Assembly: GCA_048269045.1 (NCBI GenBank)
Contig: JBLWUG010000011.1
Coordinates: 24,602-88,601 of the forward strand
Length of the DNA stretch: 64,000 nt
Direction of reading: 5' to 3'
DNA from: Pseudidiomarina sp.
GTDB taxonomy: Bacteria > Pseudomonadota > Gammaproteobacteria > Enterobacterales > Alteromonadaceae
Shown here: piece by piece, positions 31,449 through 41,350 of the stretch
Numbering within the stretch: the stretch's first letter is position 1
Layout of the letters: every line of letters begins with the position of its first letter
Translations under genes and position numbers: made by a program
The notes under the pieces: generated by a model
What the model saw: only the letters and a program-made list of their open reading frames with translations
Told to the model about the DNA's origin: nothing
Databases searched by the model: none

Positions 31449-32576
31449 GTGACACTGCGTATTAGTGATGCGTTAGCAACTGAACGCGACAGCCGGCAAG
31501 CGAACTCTCGATGGCGGCAGTTGCGAATTCACACGCGTGGCGAGCGCCTAAACTTTTCGAGTAATGATTATTTAGGTTTGAGCCAGCATCCAACGGTAGT
31601 GCAAGCTTATTGCGATGCGCTACAACATTGGGGCGCTGGTAGTGGCGGTTCGCCATTAGTGACCGGCTTTCAGCCACCGCACCAGTATCTAACCAAGCAG
31701 CTCGCGGAATGGTTGGAGCGTGATTCAGTGCTGCTATTTAGCAGTGGTTTTGCCGCCAACCAAAGCGTGATGAAGGTTTGTGGGCATTACTATGATGCTA
31801 TTGTTGCTGATCGTTTGATTCATGCTTCACTCATTGATGGTTTAAGAGCTACCAAATGTGGTTGGCGGCGCTTCCCGCACAACGAGTTGGATAAAGCCTT
31901 GACCATGATTGGTAAAAGCAATGGTCATGCGCTGTTGGTCACTGAAAGCATTTTTAGTATGGATGGCGACGAAGTAGATTGGCAGGCATTAAGAGAAGTA
32001 GCTGCTGCCGCAGATGTTTTCGTTGATGATGCCCATGGTCTCGGTGTAGCGGGTAGCGATGGGCGCAGTGCTGCTGCAGCCATGAGTCAGGCAGAGCTAC
32101 CTCTGCTTACTGTAACCTTTGGTAAAGCCATAGGTGTTGCGGGGGCGGCAGTTGCGGCGCCACAGAGTTTTATTGATGAGTTAACCAATAGCGCCCGTGA
32201 ATTTATCTATTCAACAGCCCCCAGTGCGGCTCAAGCGGCTGCTGTGAGTGCAGCTATTAGTGTGGTGCAGTCGACTGAGGGTGAACAGTTACGGCATAAA
32301 CTAAATGAGAACATTCATGCGTTTAGGTGTAGTAGCTCAAAACTTGGACTGTCTTTACTAGCTAGTAACACCGCTATTCAAGGGTTACTCGTCGGCGACG
32401 ACCAGCGCGCCGTGCAGATCAGCCAAGCGCTGCAAGCTATCGGCATTGATTGTGTTGCGATTCGTCCGCCTACGGTTCCCGAAGGAAGCGCGCGCTTACG
32501 AATTACCATAACGGCACAGCATACTAACCAACAAATTGATTATTTAGCACAGGAATTAGCTCGTTATGCTACTTAA
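31449..32576 (+). CDS. bioF: 8-amino-7-oxononanoate synthase
   Basis: 375-aa PLP alpha-oxoamine synthase (..SNDYLGL.., ..FGKA.G..G). GTG start 4 nt after bioB. Confidence 0.93.
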   Translation: MTLRISDALATERDSRQANSRWRQLRIHTRGERLNFSSNDYLGLSQHPTVVQAYCDALQHWGAGSGGSPLVTGFQPPHQYLTKQLAEWLERDSVLLFSSGFAANQSVMKVCGHYYDAIVADRLIHASLIDGLRATKCGWRRFPHNELDKALTMIGKSNGHALLVTESIFSMDGDEVDWQALREVAAAADVFVDDAHGLGVAGSDGRSAAAAMSQAELPLLTVTFGKAIGVAGAAVAAPQSFIDELTNSAREFIYSTAPSAAQAAAVSAAISVVQSTEGEQLRHKLNENIHAFRCSSSKLGLSLLASNTAIQGLLVGDDQRAVQISQALQAIGIDCVAIRPPTVPEGSARLRITITAQHTNQQIDYLAQELARYAT

Positions 32577-33372
32577 TGATGTCACTTTGTATGAGAAAGA
32601 AAGAGTTGCCAAAGCCTTTGGCCGTGCGGCCCAGTCGTATACGCAGCATAATGAGTTACAGCAACGCTGTGCACGCAAGTTAATGACGCAATTACCCAGC
32701 CAGATCAATAGCGTTTTAGATGCCGGCTGCGGCCCTGGTGTAAATACTGAAGCCCTGAGCACACGTAGTCAGTTTTATTTAGGCTTAGACTTATCTGTTG
32801 ACATGCTTGAGCAAGCGGAATCGCTGTACAGTCATGTGCCATGGCTGCATGCTGATATTGAAAGCTTGCCCTTAGCGGCACAAAGCTTTGAGGTGATTTA
32901 CGCCAACCTAGCGCTGCAGTGGATGAATGACCTAACCATGGCACTTAAAGAATGCCATCGAGTGCTATCACCGCAAGGGGAGTTGCATTTTTCGACCATT
33001 TTGGCCGGATCGATGAATCCGTTAGGAAATTGTCTCGCCGAGTTGCATGGGCATCGACATCACAATGAATTTCTCGAGTACGAAGAGCTAATCGCGAGTA
33101 TTGAAGCCCAGTCCTGTTGGCACATCAATGCGCGTTGGGAAACTCTGGAAGTGGGTTATGACCAAGTGCTGGATATGTTGCATGATTTGAAGGGGATTGG
33201 TGCTAATTATGTAGCGTCCCAAGATACCCAGAAGCCATTAACTCGAGAGTTGCTGAAAAACCTTGAGTTGCGCATGGAGTCGTATCGACAAATTGATGGA
33301 AAGCTACCACTGTATTGGAGTGTAGCTTTTATTAAGTTAACCAAAAAGCAATCAACATTGAGTATAAGCTAA
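32566..33372 (+). CDS. bioC: malonyl-ACP O-methyltransferase
   Basis: 268-aa SAM-dependent methyltransferase (..VLDAGCGPG..). Position between bioF and bioD. Confidence 0.9.
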   Translation: MLLNDVTLYEKERVAKAFGRAAQSYTQHNELQQRCARKLMTQLPSQINSVLDAGCGPGVNTEALSTRSQFYLGLDLSVDMLEQAESLYSHVPWLHADIESLPLAAQSFEVIYANLALQWMNDLTMALKECHRVLSPQGELHFSTILAGSMNPLGNCLAELHGHRHHNEFLEYEELIASIEAQSCWHINARWETLEVGYDQVLDMLHDLKGIGANYVASQDTQKPLTRELLKNLELRMESYRQIDGKLPLYWSVAFIKLTKKQSTLSIS

Positions 33373-34109
33373 TGAGAAAGGTGTTTATATGTGGTACTGA
33401 CACTGATGCAGGTAAAACCGTCACGGCAGTAACCCTTATCCATGCATTGCAACAAGCACAACTCAAATGTTTAGCGCTAAAACCTATTAGCGCAGGTGCG
33501 ATTACATGCGGTGAAGAGCTTCACAACGACGACGCTTTGGCGTTGCAAGCTGCGCTGACCACGCCACTAGCTTACACTGAAATTAATCCGATCTGTTTTG
33601 CTCCGGCGATTGCGCCACATATTGCAGCTGTGCAAGCACAACGCCAGGTCACGGCAACCATGCTAGTCGAAGCCGTTCAGCAGTTAGAGCAACGTGAAGC
33701 CCAAGTGATGGTGGTGGAAGGCGCAGGCGGCTGGCTGGTACCGCTAAATCATCAAGAAACCATGGCTGACTTCGTTGCAGCTGCTGATCTAGACGTGATC
33801 TTAGTCGTCGGGTTAAAGCTTGGCTGCCTTAATCATGCGTTGTTAACCGTTGAAAACATTAACCAACGTGGACTAAATCTTATCGGCTGGGTAGGCAATC
33901 AAGCACAGCGAGAAACCATGACGGAGCAAGCGGCAAATATAGAGACATTAAAGGCAATGATCGACGCGCCATGCTTAGGCATACTGCCATTTCACCCTAA
34001 TTGGCGCGCCGCTAGCTTAGTTGATCACTTGGACGTTAACAAAGTGCTGCAATCGCTGTTCACTGATAGTACTGATTTAGTACCAGCTAAAAATACGCAG
34101 CCATCATGA
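33372..34109 (+). CDS. bioD: dethiobiotin synthase
   Basis: 245 aa with an N-terminal P-loop (F..GTDTD.GKT) and an EGAGGW motif. It carries a roughly 20-aa C-terminal tail that overlaps pepE. Confidence 0.93.
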   Translation: MRKVFICGTDTDAGKTVTAVTLIHALQQAQLKCLALKPISAGAITCGEELHNDDALALQAALTTPLAYTEINPICFAPAIAPHIAAVQAQRQVTATMLVEAVQQLEQREAQVMVVEGAGGWLVPLNHQETMADFVAAADLDVILVVGLKLGCLNHALLTVENINQRGLNLIGWVGNQAQRETMTEQAANIETLKAMIDAPCLGILPFHPNWRAASLVDHLDVNKVLQSLFTDSTDLVPAKNTQPS

Positions 34110-34741
34110 GGCCCTTTCAGCGTCATGGTATCGCCTGACACTTTAAGCCCAGTTCCTTCGCGAATAGCTAGTACCGGCATGGTCGGCGCTACCGTCATAA
34201 ACTCTTCAAGGCGCTGATCACGTGTTTCACCATGAAAGCCTGGCGGCTGATAGTCGGTGTAGTGCGGATTCAGTTGAAAAGGCACGAGTTGCAACGCTTC
34301 AAATGATGGCGGCTCAACAATAGGCATATCGTTGGTGGTGCGAATCGACATCCCGGCAATATTAGAACCGGCACTCCAGCCCGCATACGGCGTGCCTTTG
34401 GCAACGGCAGTTTGTATTGCAGCAATGAGCTGATGTTGGTAGAGCTCTTTCAATAAATGAAAAGTGTTGCCACCGCCTACGGCGATAGCTTCGGCCTGGA
34501 CAACTGCTGCAACCGGGTCGTCATAGGATTCAATACCACGCACACGTAAACCAAACTGCGCCAGCGCCGCTGCTACTTTTGCGGTGTATTCTGGGTAGCT
34601 CATGGTAACGCCAGCATAGGGAATAAAGAGAATCTCACGTGTTCCAAAATGCTCGGTGAGTAAGTCGCCAGCATGCTCTAAATAGCCACTGTTGCCGACT
34701 CGCGAGCTGCTTAATAGCAATAATTCTGATGGGGTTGGCAC
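34025..34741 (-). CDS. pepE: dipeptidase E (S51 peptidase)
   Basis: Collinear with E. coli PepE (..LLLLS.S......LEHA...., GGGNTF.LL., GWSAG.N......RTTNDMPIV.P..F.AL.L.P.Q.NPH). Confidence 0.92.
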   Translation of the reverse strand: MPTPSELLLLSSSRVGNSGYLEHAGDLLTEHFGTREILFIPYAGVTMSYPEYTAKVAAALAQFGLRVRGIESYDDPVAAVVQAEAIAVGGGNTFHLLKELYQHQLIAAIQTAVAKGTPYAGWSAGSNIAGMSIRTTNDMPIVEPPSFEALQLVPFQLNPHYTDYQPPGFHGETRDQRLEEFMTVAPTMPVLAIREGTGLKVSGDTMTLKGPHDGCVFLAGTKSVLSVNSDCSTLLTSK

Positions 34742-34812
34742 TGCTAATCTCCAAAACCTGTGTTAAAGAAGGTTCAAGTTATCAGATATTTTGCCTGAAT
34801 GCAGCGAAAAGA

Positions 34813-34848
34813 CTTGTTTTTGAGTGGCTTAAACCCTATAAAAACAAG
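34813..34848 (+). promoter_or_regulatory. sigma32-like promoter overlapped by a perfect 9-bp inverted repeat, upstream of htpX
   Basis: CTTGTTT-N14-CCCTATAA compares with the sigma32 consensus CTTGAAA-N13/14-CCCCATnT. CTTGTTTTT (34813-21) and AAAAACAAG (34840-48) are exact reverse complements. Confidence 0.35.
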
Positions 34849-34882
34849 CTCTCTATAAATGTTGTAACGAGGAACGACCATT

Positions 34883-35755
34883 ATGTTGCGCGTGATGTTA
34901 TTTTTAGCAACGAACTTAGCTATTCTTATTGTACTTGGCATTGTCATGAACGTTGTGATGCCAGCGCTGGGTGTAGATACATCAGGTTATACAGGATTAC
35001 TTATCTTCGCCGCGATCTTTGGTTTCGGTGGTGCTTTTATCTCGTTAGCGTTATCGAAATGGATGGCCAAGCGCTCCGTTGGTGCCCAAGTCATTAATCA
35101 ACCGCGCAATAGCACCGAGCAGTGGCTGTTACGTATGGTTGAAAGCCAAGCGCGCAAAGCTGGAATTCCCATGCCAGAAGTCGCGATTTATGAATCGCCA
35201 GAGCCGAACGCCTTTGCCACCGGTGCGAGTAAAAGTAGCTCTTTAGTTGCTGTGAGCACGGGTTTACTGCGAAATATGACAGAAGATGAGGTGGAGGCGG
35301 TGCTCGCCCACGAAGTGAGCCACATTGCCAATGGCGATATGGTGACACTTACTTTGATTCAAGGCGTGGTGAACACCTTCGTGATTTTCTTTGCACGGGT
35401 TATTGCTGGGGCGATAAACAACGCTACCCGTAACAACTCAAGTAACGGCGAAGGTTTAGGTACTTTCGCTTATTTTGGAATAGTGATGGTACTTGAGTTA
35501 GTGTTTGGTATATTAGCTAGTATTATTGTTATGTGGTTCTCTCGCCAGCGTGAATTCCGTGCCGATGCAGGCGCAGCGCAATTGGTGGGCAGCCATAAAA
35601 TGATAGCAGCTTTGAAACGTTTACAAGGTAATCAAGAATCAACGCTTGATGGCACCTTGATGGCGTTTGGAATTCAGAGTAAGCGCAGTTTTAGTGAATT
35701 ATTTATGAGCCATCCACCACTAGAGCAACGTATTCGCGCTTTGGAAAATAACTAG
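34883..35755 (+). CDS. htpX: zinc metalloprotease HtpX
   Basis: 290 aa with an N-terminus [21 protein letters not shown].. and HEXXH (HEVSHI). M48 family with 4 TM segments. Confidence 0.96.
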   Translation: MLRVMLFLATNLAILIVLGIVMNVVMPALGVDTSGYTGLLIFAAIFGFGGAFISLALSKWMAKRSVGAQVINQPRNSTEQWLLRMVESQARKAGIPMPEVAIYESPEPNAFATGASKSSSLVAVSTGLLRNMTEDEVEAVLAHEVSHIANGDMVTLTLIQGVVNTFVIFFARVIAGAINNATRNNSSNGEGLGTFAYFGIVMVLELVFGILASIIVMWFSRQREFRADAGAAQLVGSHKMIAALKRLQGNQESTLDGTLMAFGIQSKRSFSELFMSHPPLEQRIRALENN

Positions 35756-35763
35756 GAACAATA

Positions 35764-37122
35764 ATGACCAATTGGAGTACCCGAAGCTGGCGGGATAAAC
35801 CAATCCAGCAACAGCCGCACTATCAATCTCAAGAGCAACTTGAAGCGGTTGAAAAACAGTTGAAGAAGTTTCCTCCGTTGGTGTTTGCTGAAGAAATCCG
35901 CGCATTACAACAAAACTTAGCGCGTGTTAGCCAAGGTAACGGCTTTTTGCTGCAAGGTGGTGACTGCGCAGAGTCTTTTGCTGATTTCACGGCACCTAAG
36001 ATTCGCGACACCTTTAAAGTGATCTTGCAGATGGCGGTGGTGCTAACTTTTGCCGGTTCTTGTCCGATTACTAAGGTCGCACGTTTAGCGGGGCAATATG
36101 CGAAGCCGCGCTCGAGTGATCTTGAAACCATTGATGGCGTGAGTTTGCCCAGTTACCGCGGCGACATTATTAATGGTGCTGAATTTACTGCTGCAGCGCG
36201 TGAGCCGAATCCAGAGCGGATGCTGCAGGCGTATCATCACTCTGCAGCCACGTTAAACTTACTTCGCGCTTTTGCCCAAGGTGGTTTAGCGAACTTACAT
36301 AAAGTCAGTAAGTGGAACATGAGCTTCGTAGCGGCGAATCCACTGAAAGACCAATACATGCAGATGGCTGAGCAAATTCAGTCGGCGCTGGAGTTCATGG
36401 AAGTTCTAGGGATTAACTCGGAAACCAATGCCACTATTCATGAAACCCAGCTGTTTACTTCTCATGAAGCATTATTACTGCCTTATGAAGAAGCGCTTAC
36501 GCGTACAGATACCTTGACAGGTCTACCATACGATTGCTCTGCACACATGGTGTGGATAGGCGAACGTACTCGTCAGCTCGATCATGCTCATATTGAGTTC
36601 ATGCGTGGCATTAACAACCCACTCGGTGTTAAAATAGGCCCCACAGCACAAGCCGACGATGTTTTACGCTTATTAGACGTATTGAACCCTAATAATGAAC
36701 CTGGTCGCATGACGTTAATCACCCGCATGGGTGCAAACCGATTAGCGGATGCACTACCAGCACTGGTTCGCCGTGTTAAAGCGGAAGGTCGGGAAGTGGT
36801 GTGGTCGAGCGATCCTATGCATGGTAATACGGTAAAAGCCGAGAATGGCTTGAAAACGCGCAGCTTTGACGCCATACATCAGGAACTACGTCAGTTTTTC
36901 GCGGTGCATCAAGCCGAAGGAACTTACGCAGGCGGCGTTCATTTAGAAATGACCGGTGAAGATGTAACTGAATGCACGGGTGGGGCATATCGAATCAGTG
37001 AAAATGATTTGACCCAACGTTATCTAACCCAATGTGATCCACGTTTAAACGCCGATCAGGTACTTGAGTTAGCGTTTTTGGTAGCAGATTCATTAAAAGA
37101 AGCGCGACAGGGTCGCGGTTAA
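35764..37122 (+). CDS. class II 3-deoxy-D-arabino-heptulosonate-7-phosphate synthase
   Basis: 452 aa, strongly like plant/actinobacterial class II DAHPS (..[11 protein letters not shown].., ..AGQYAKPRS.., ..SYRGD.ING.., ..[10 protein letters not shown].., ..DPMHGNT.., CDPRLN). Confidence 0.93.
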   Translation: MTNWSTRSWRDKPIQQQPHYQSQEQLEAVEKQLKKFPPLVFAEEIRALQQNLARVSQGNGFLLQGGDCAESFADFTAPKIRDTFKVILQMAVVLTFAGSCPITKVARLAGQYAKPRSSDLETIDGVSLPSYRGDIINGAEFTAAAREPNPERMLQAYHHSAATLNLLRAFAQGGLANLHKVSKWNMSFVAANPLKDQYMQMAEQIQSALEFMEVLGINSETNATIHETQLFTSHEALLLPYEEALTRTDTLTGLPYDCSAHMVWIGERTRQLDHAHIEFMRGINNPLGVKIGPTAQADDVLRLLDVLNPNNEPGRMTLITRMGANRLADALPALVRRVKAEGREVVWSSDPMHGNTVKAENGLKTRSFDAIHQELRQFFAVHQAEGTYAGGVHLEMTGEDVTECTGGAYRISENDLTQRYLTQCDPRLNADQVLELAFLVADSLKEARQGRG

Positions 37123-37153
37123 GTCTCTTATTTAACGAGGTTTTAAGCAGTAT

Positions 37154-38008
37154 ATGTCAGAACAGAAGTTGTCTCAGCAGATGTTGACCGAAAAAGCCCA
37201 GCAGTTTTTTGAAAACCTCTGGCAGGATTATATCAAGCTTGCGCCATCGGCCGCCAAAGTTCATCAAGTTCTCGGAGAAGGTCGTGACATTATCAATGAT
37301 CACGTAGCTTTCCGTACTTTCAACATCGCCCCAGTGCGCATGGAGACTTTAGCGAAACATTTTGAAGCGATGGGTTATAGCGATTGTGGCGACTACCACT
37401 TTGAAGCAAAAAAGCTGGTTGCTAAGCACTATGAGCACACTGATCCGTCGTTGCCTAAAATCTTTATCTCGGAGCTGTTGGTGGAAGAATTCTCACCAGA
37501 GCTGCAAAGCATTATCAAAAGTTTAGTGGCGCAGATTGAACCAGCGAAAGTTGAATCCGCAGACTTCTTATATTCAGGTACCCATTGGCAGGTAAGCAGT
37601 ACTGACTACGAGCAGCTGCTGCAAGAAAGTGAGTATGCGGCTTGGATGTCAGCTTTTGGTTTCCGTGCGAACCACTTTACTGTGAACGTAAACGAGCTAC
37701 CAAACTACGAAACACTTGAAGAAGTGAATGCGAAGTTGAAGAGCGCGGGTTTCCGTTTGAACACCTCTGGTGGCGAAATTAAAGGCTCCGCTGAGGTATA
37801 TTTGGAACAGTCATCAACCATGGCCGACCATACTCCGGTACAGTTCAGTGACATGGAAAAAACCATTCCAAGCTGCTTCTACGAATTTGCGAAGCGCTAT
37901 GAAATCGCTCCAGGCCACTTGTACACGGGTTTTGTTGCTGCCTCTGCAGACAAAATTTTTGAAAGTACCAACGTTGTTGAAACCAACGACGAAGCAGAAC
38001 TCGCCTAA
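37154..38008 (+). CDS. DUF1338 family metalloenzyme, short form (HglS/YdcJ superfamily)
   Basis: 284 aa. The ..[10 protein letters not shown].. motif and overall pattern match the short DUF1338 proteins. It starts 31 nt after the DAHPS stop. Confidence 0.7.
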   Translation: MSEQKLSQQMLTEKAQQFFENLWQDYIKLAPSAAKVHQVLGEGRDIINDHVAFRTFNIAPVRMETLAKHFEAMGYSDCGDYHFEAKKLVAKHYEHTDPSLPKIFISELLVEEFSPELQSIIKSLVAQIEPAKVESADFLYSGTHWQVSSTDYEQLLQESEYAAWMSAFGFRANHFTVNVNELPNYETLEEVNAKLKSAGFRLNTSGGEIKGSAEVYLEQSSTMADHTPVQFSDMEKTIPSCFYEFAKRYEIAPGHLYTGFVAASADKIFESTNVVETNDEAELA

Positions 38009-38832
38009 AATCGGTGCCGCTCTATATTCGTTTCGGCGAGTATCATAGCGGCAATTTCTTCGACCGAGAAACGCGTAGAGTCGAGAAATGGAATCGCTTC
38101 GCGGCGGTACATATTCTCGACTTCTTGCAATTCAAAGCGACATTGCGCCATCGACGCATAGGTGCTGCCTTCTCGACGCTTTGACCGAATCTCATGTAAA
38201 CGCTGTGCCTCTAAGGTCAAGCCATAAATCTTGTGGCGGAAAGGGCGTAACGGTCGGGGTAGTTGCAACGATTCCATATTGTCATCTTCCGTGAGCGGAT
38301 AATTCGCTGCTTTTATACCGTAGTGCAGCGCTAAATAAAGGCTGGTTGGTGTTTTACCGGTTCTTGAAACACCGAGTAATATAATGTCCGCTTCGTCATA
38401 GTTAGAAATATTACTGCCATCATCATTCGCTAAACTGTAATTCACCGCATCAATACGAAAGTCATAACTCTCCCGCTCATCATTATTATCTTGAATACCA
38501 TGAGTTCTATGAGTTTTTGGGTGAGCTTCCACACCAAGTTCCTGGCTTAAAGGCTGCACAAAGTAATCCAAGAAGTCGTAGCAACTGCCTTTACCACTGG
38601 TGATAATCCGTTTTATTTCAGTGCTAACAAAGGTATGAAAGATTATTGGCCGTTCGCCAGACTCTTCATAAGCCTTGTTAATTAACGTTAGCGCTTGTTC
38701 CGCTTTGACTTCTGAGTCAATAAACGCCAAGGTTTTATGCACCACTTTAACCGGGTACATGGATAGCATTGCGCGCCCAAAAGCTTCCGCAGTTAGGGCC
38801 GTTCCATCTGAAATGTAAAAGATTGTGCGCAT
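38005..38832 (-). CDS. ppsR: phosphoenolpyruvate synthase regulatory protein (bifunctional kinase/pyrophosphorylase)
   Basis: 275 aa, [14 protein letters not shown], with a P-loop GVSRTGKTP. Divergent from ppsA. Confidence 0.95.
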   Translation of the reverse strand: MRTIFYISDGTALTAEAFGRAMLSMYPVKVVHKTLAFIDSEVKAEQALTLINKAYEESGERPIIFHTFVSTEIKRIITSGKGSCYDFLDYFVQPLSQELGVEAHPKTHRTHGIQDNNDERESYDFRIDAVNYSLANDDGSNISNYDEADIILLGVSRTGKTPTSLYLALHYGIKAANYPLTEDDNMESLQLPRPLRPFRHKIYGLTLEAQRLHEIRSKRREGSTYASMAQCRFELQEVENMYRREAIPFLDSTRFSVEEIAAMILAETNIERHRF

Positions 38833-38964
38833 TTGTGGTAAATTCCTTGCAGTGAATAGCTATGCTGATGTTAACTTGTGAAGCCCTAATGTGTAAAATA
38901 AAGAACTTCTCAAGTAACTAAGCGGCATCGTTACTTAAAAGCCCAAACTCACGAGGAACTCAAC

Positions 38965-41346
38965 GTGCAGAATAACGTTCAAGACTATGTACTTTGGTAT
39001 GATCAGCTAGGCATGAATGATGTAAACCGGGTCGGTGGTAAGAATGCATCACTCGGCGAGATGATAAGCAATTTAGCAGGTGTTGGCGTTGAAGTACCGA
39101 ATGGGTTTGCGACCACTGCCGAAGCTTTTAATGAGTTCTTAGAGCAAAGTGGTGTTAATGAGCGTATCCACAAGATTTTGGATACCTTAGATACCGATGA
39201 TATCAAAGCGCTGGCCGCAGCCGGACAACAAATTCGCGAATGGGTTATTGAAACGCCATTCCCACCAGCCTTGCATCAAGCCATCGTCGACGCTTATGAA
39301 AAACTAAGCGGTGGTAATGACGAAGTGAGCTTTGCAGTGCGCAGTTCAGCAACCGCTGAAGATATGCCAGATGCTTCATTTGCTGGCCAACAAGAAACTT
39401 TTTTAAACGTTCGTGGCATTGATGCCATCATGGAAGCCGTTAAGCACGTATTCGCTTCCTTATTTAACGACCGCGCTATTTCATACCGTGTACATCAGGG
39501 CTACGACCACCGTGGCGTAGCGTTATCAGCGGGTATTCAACGCATGGTACGTAGTGATATCGCGTCGTCAGGCGTAATGTTCTCTATTGATACCGAATCA
39601 GGCTTCGACCAAGTGGTATTTATTACTTCGTCGTATGGTTTGGGTGAAATGGTAGTGCAGGGCGCGGTGAACCCTGATGAGTTTTACGTACATAAGCCAA
39701 CCTTAGCTGCGGGTCGTCCAGCCGTATTGCGTCGCAACTTGGGTAGCAAAAAGATTCAAATGATCTACTCAGAAGCGACTGAGCACGGTCAACAGGTTGA
39801 AGTGGTCGATATTCCAGCCGAGCAAGGCGCAACCTTCTCGATTACTGATGAAGAAGTAGAAAGCTTAGCTCGCCAAGCGGTGACTATTGAGAAGCACTAC
39901 GGCCGCCCGATGGATATCGAGTGGGCCAAAGATGGTATTGATGGCAAACTTTATATCGTGCAAGCTCGCCCCGAAACCGTGCAGTCGAATAAATCTGGTC
40001 AAGCCATTGAGCGTTACGCATTACAACAAAAGAGTGACGTGGTTGCCGAAGGTCGTGCCATTGGTCAGAAAATTGGTACCGGTGTGGCGCGCGTACTTAG
40101 CGATATTTCCGAAATGGATAAAGTACAGCCAGGCGATGTGTTAGTTACCGATATGACGGACCCGGACTGGGAGCCAATCATGAAGCGTGCTTCAGCGATT
40201 GTAACCAACCGTGGCGGTCGTACTTGTCACGCAGCGATCATTGCGCGCGAACTAGGTATTCCTGCCGTGGTCGGTTGTGGTAACGCGACTGACCTGATTA
40301 AAGCCGGTGATGCGGTTACCGTGTCCTGTGCTGAAGGTGATACCGGTTATATTTACAGTGGCGAGTTGCAGTTTGATGTGACCACCTCTGATGTTGGCGA
40401 AATGCCAGCACTGCCCCTAAAAATCATGCTTAACGTCGGCAACCCTGATCGGGCATTCGATTTTGCGAGTTTGCCACACCAAGGTGTCGGTTTAGCTCGG
40501 TTAGAGTTCATCATTAACCGTATGATTGGCGTGCACCCGAAAGCGCTATTGAATTTCGACGAGCAATCCGCAGAGCTGCAAAAAGAAATCAGTGCCTATA
40601 TTGCTGGTTATAGTAGCCCTGTTGAATACTACGTAACTAAATTAACTGAAGGCATTGCAACTTTAGCCGCTGCTTTTGCACCAGAACGGGTGATTGTGCG
40701 GATGTCTGACTTCAAATCGAATGAGTACGCTAACTTAGTCGGTGGCCGTCAATATGAGCCATTTGAAGAAAACCCGATGCTTGGTTTCCGTGGTGCGTCG
40801 CGTTATATCTCGGAAGAGTTCCGTGACTGTTTTGCGATGGAATGTGAAGCCATTAAACGGGTTCGCAACGACATGGGCTTAACCAACGTTGAGGTTATGA
40901 TCCCGTTCGTACGTACCTTGGAAGAAGGTCGCAAAGTTATCGAATTATTGGCGGAGCAGGGCTTACGTCAAGGCGAAAACGGCTTACGCGTCATTATGAT
41001 GTGTGAATTACCATCGAACGCTATTTTAGCTGATGAGTTTTTAGAGATTTTCGATGGTTTCTCTATCGGTTCTAACGACTTAACTCAGTTAACCTTAGGT
41101 CTAGACCGTGACTCTGGTGTTATTGCGCATCTCTTTGATGAGCGCGATGATGCGGTGAAAGCTTTACTTTCTATGGCAATCCAAGCAGCTAAACGTAAAG
41201 GCAAATATGTGGGTATCTGTGGTCAAGGGCCATCAGATCACCCTGATTTTGCCGCGTGGTTAGTAGCCGAAGGTATCGACTCGGTATCGCTGAACCCAGA
41301 TACCGTTATCGAAACCTGGTTACATTTAGCGGAGCAGCAACAGTAA
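38965..41346 (+). CDS. ppsA: phosphoenolpyruvate synthase
   Basis: 793 aa with N-terminal ..[11 protein letters not shown].., the phospho-His region [20 protein letters not shown], and a C-terminal PEP-utilizer TIM domain. GTG start. Confidence 0.97.
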   Translation: MQNNVQDYVLWYDQLGMNDVNRVGGKNASLGEMISNLAGVGVEVPNGFATTAEAFNEFLEQSGVNERIHKILDTLDTDDIKALAAAGQQIREWVIETPFPPALHQAIVDAYEKLSGGNDEVSFAVRSSATAEDMPDASFAGQQETFLNVRGIDAIMEAVKHVFASLFNDRAISYRVHQGYDHRGVALSAGIQRMVRSDIASSGVMFSIDTESGFDQVVFITSSYGLGEMVVQGAVNPDEFYVHKPTLAAGRPAVLRRNLGSKKIQMIYSEATEHGQQVEVVDIPAEQGATFSITDEEVESLARQAVTIEKHYGRPMDIEWAKDGIDGKLYIVQARPETVQSNKSGQAIERYALQQKSDVVAEGRAIGQKIGTGVARVLSDISEMDKVQPGDVLVTDMTDPDWEPIMKRASAIVTNRGGRTCHAAIIARELGIPAVVGCGNATDLIKAGDAVTVSCAEGDTGYIYSGELQFDVTTSDVGEMPALPLKIMLNVGNPDRAFDFASLPHQGVGLARLEFIINRMIGVHPKALLNFDEQSAELQKEISAYIAGYSSPVEYYVTKLTEGIATLAAAFAPERVIVRMSDFKSNEYANLVGGRQYEPFEENPMLGFRGASRYISEEFRDCFAMECEAIKRVRNDMGLTNVEVMIPFVRTLEEGRKVIELLAEQGLRQGENGLRVIMMCELPSNAILADEFLEIFDGFSIGSNDLTQLTLGLDRDSGVIAHLFDERDDAVKALLSMAIQAAKRKGKYVGICGQGPSDHPDFAAWLVAEGIDSVSLNPDTVIETWLHLAEQQQ

Positions 41347-41350
41347 TATA

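Noticed and set aside
34729-35097. 122-aa + strand ORF upstream of and overlapping htpX
   Set aside because: It is out of frame with, and overlapping, the well-supported htpX start at 34883, which has a GAGGAA SD. It would also cover the promoter region. No protein-like features.
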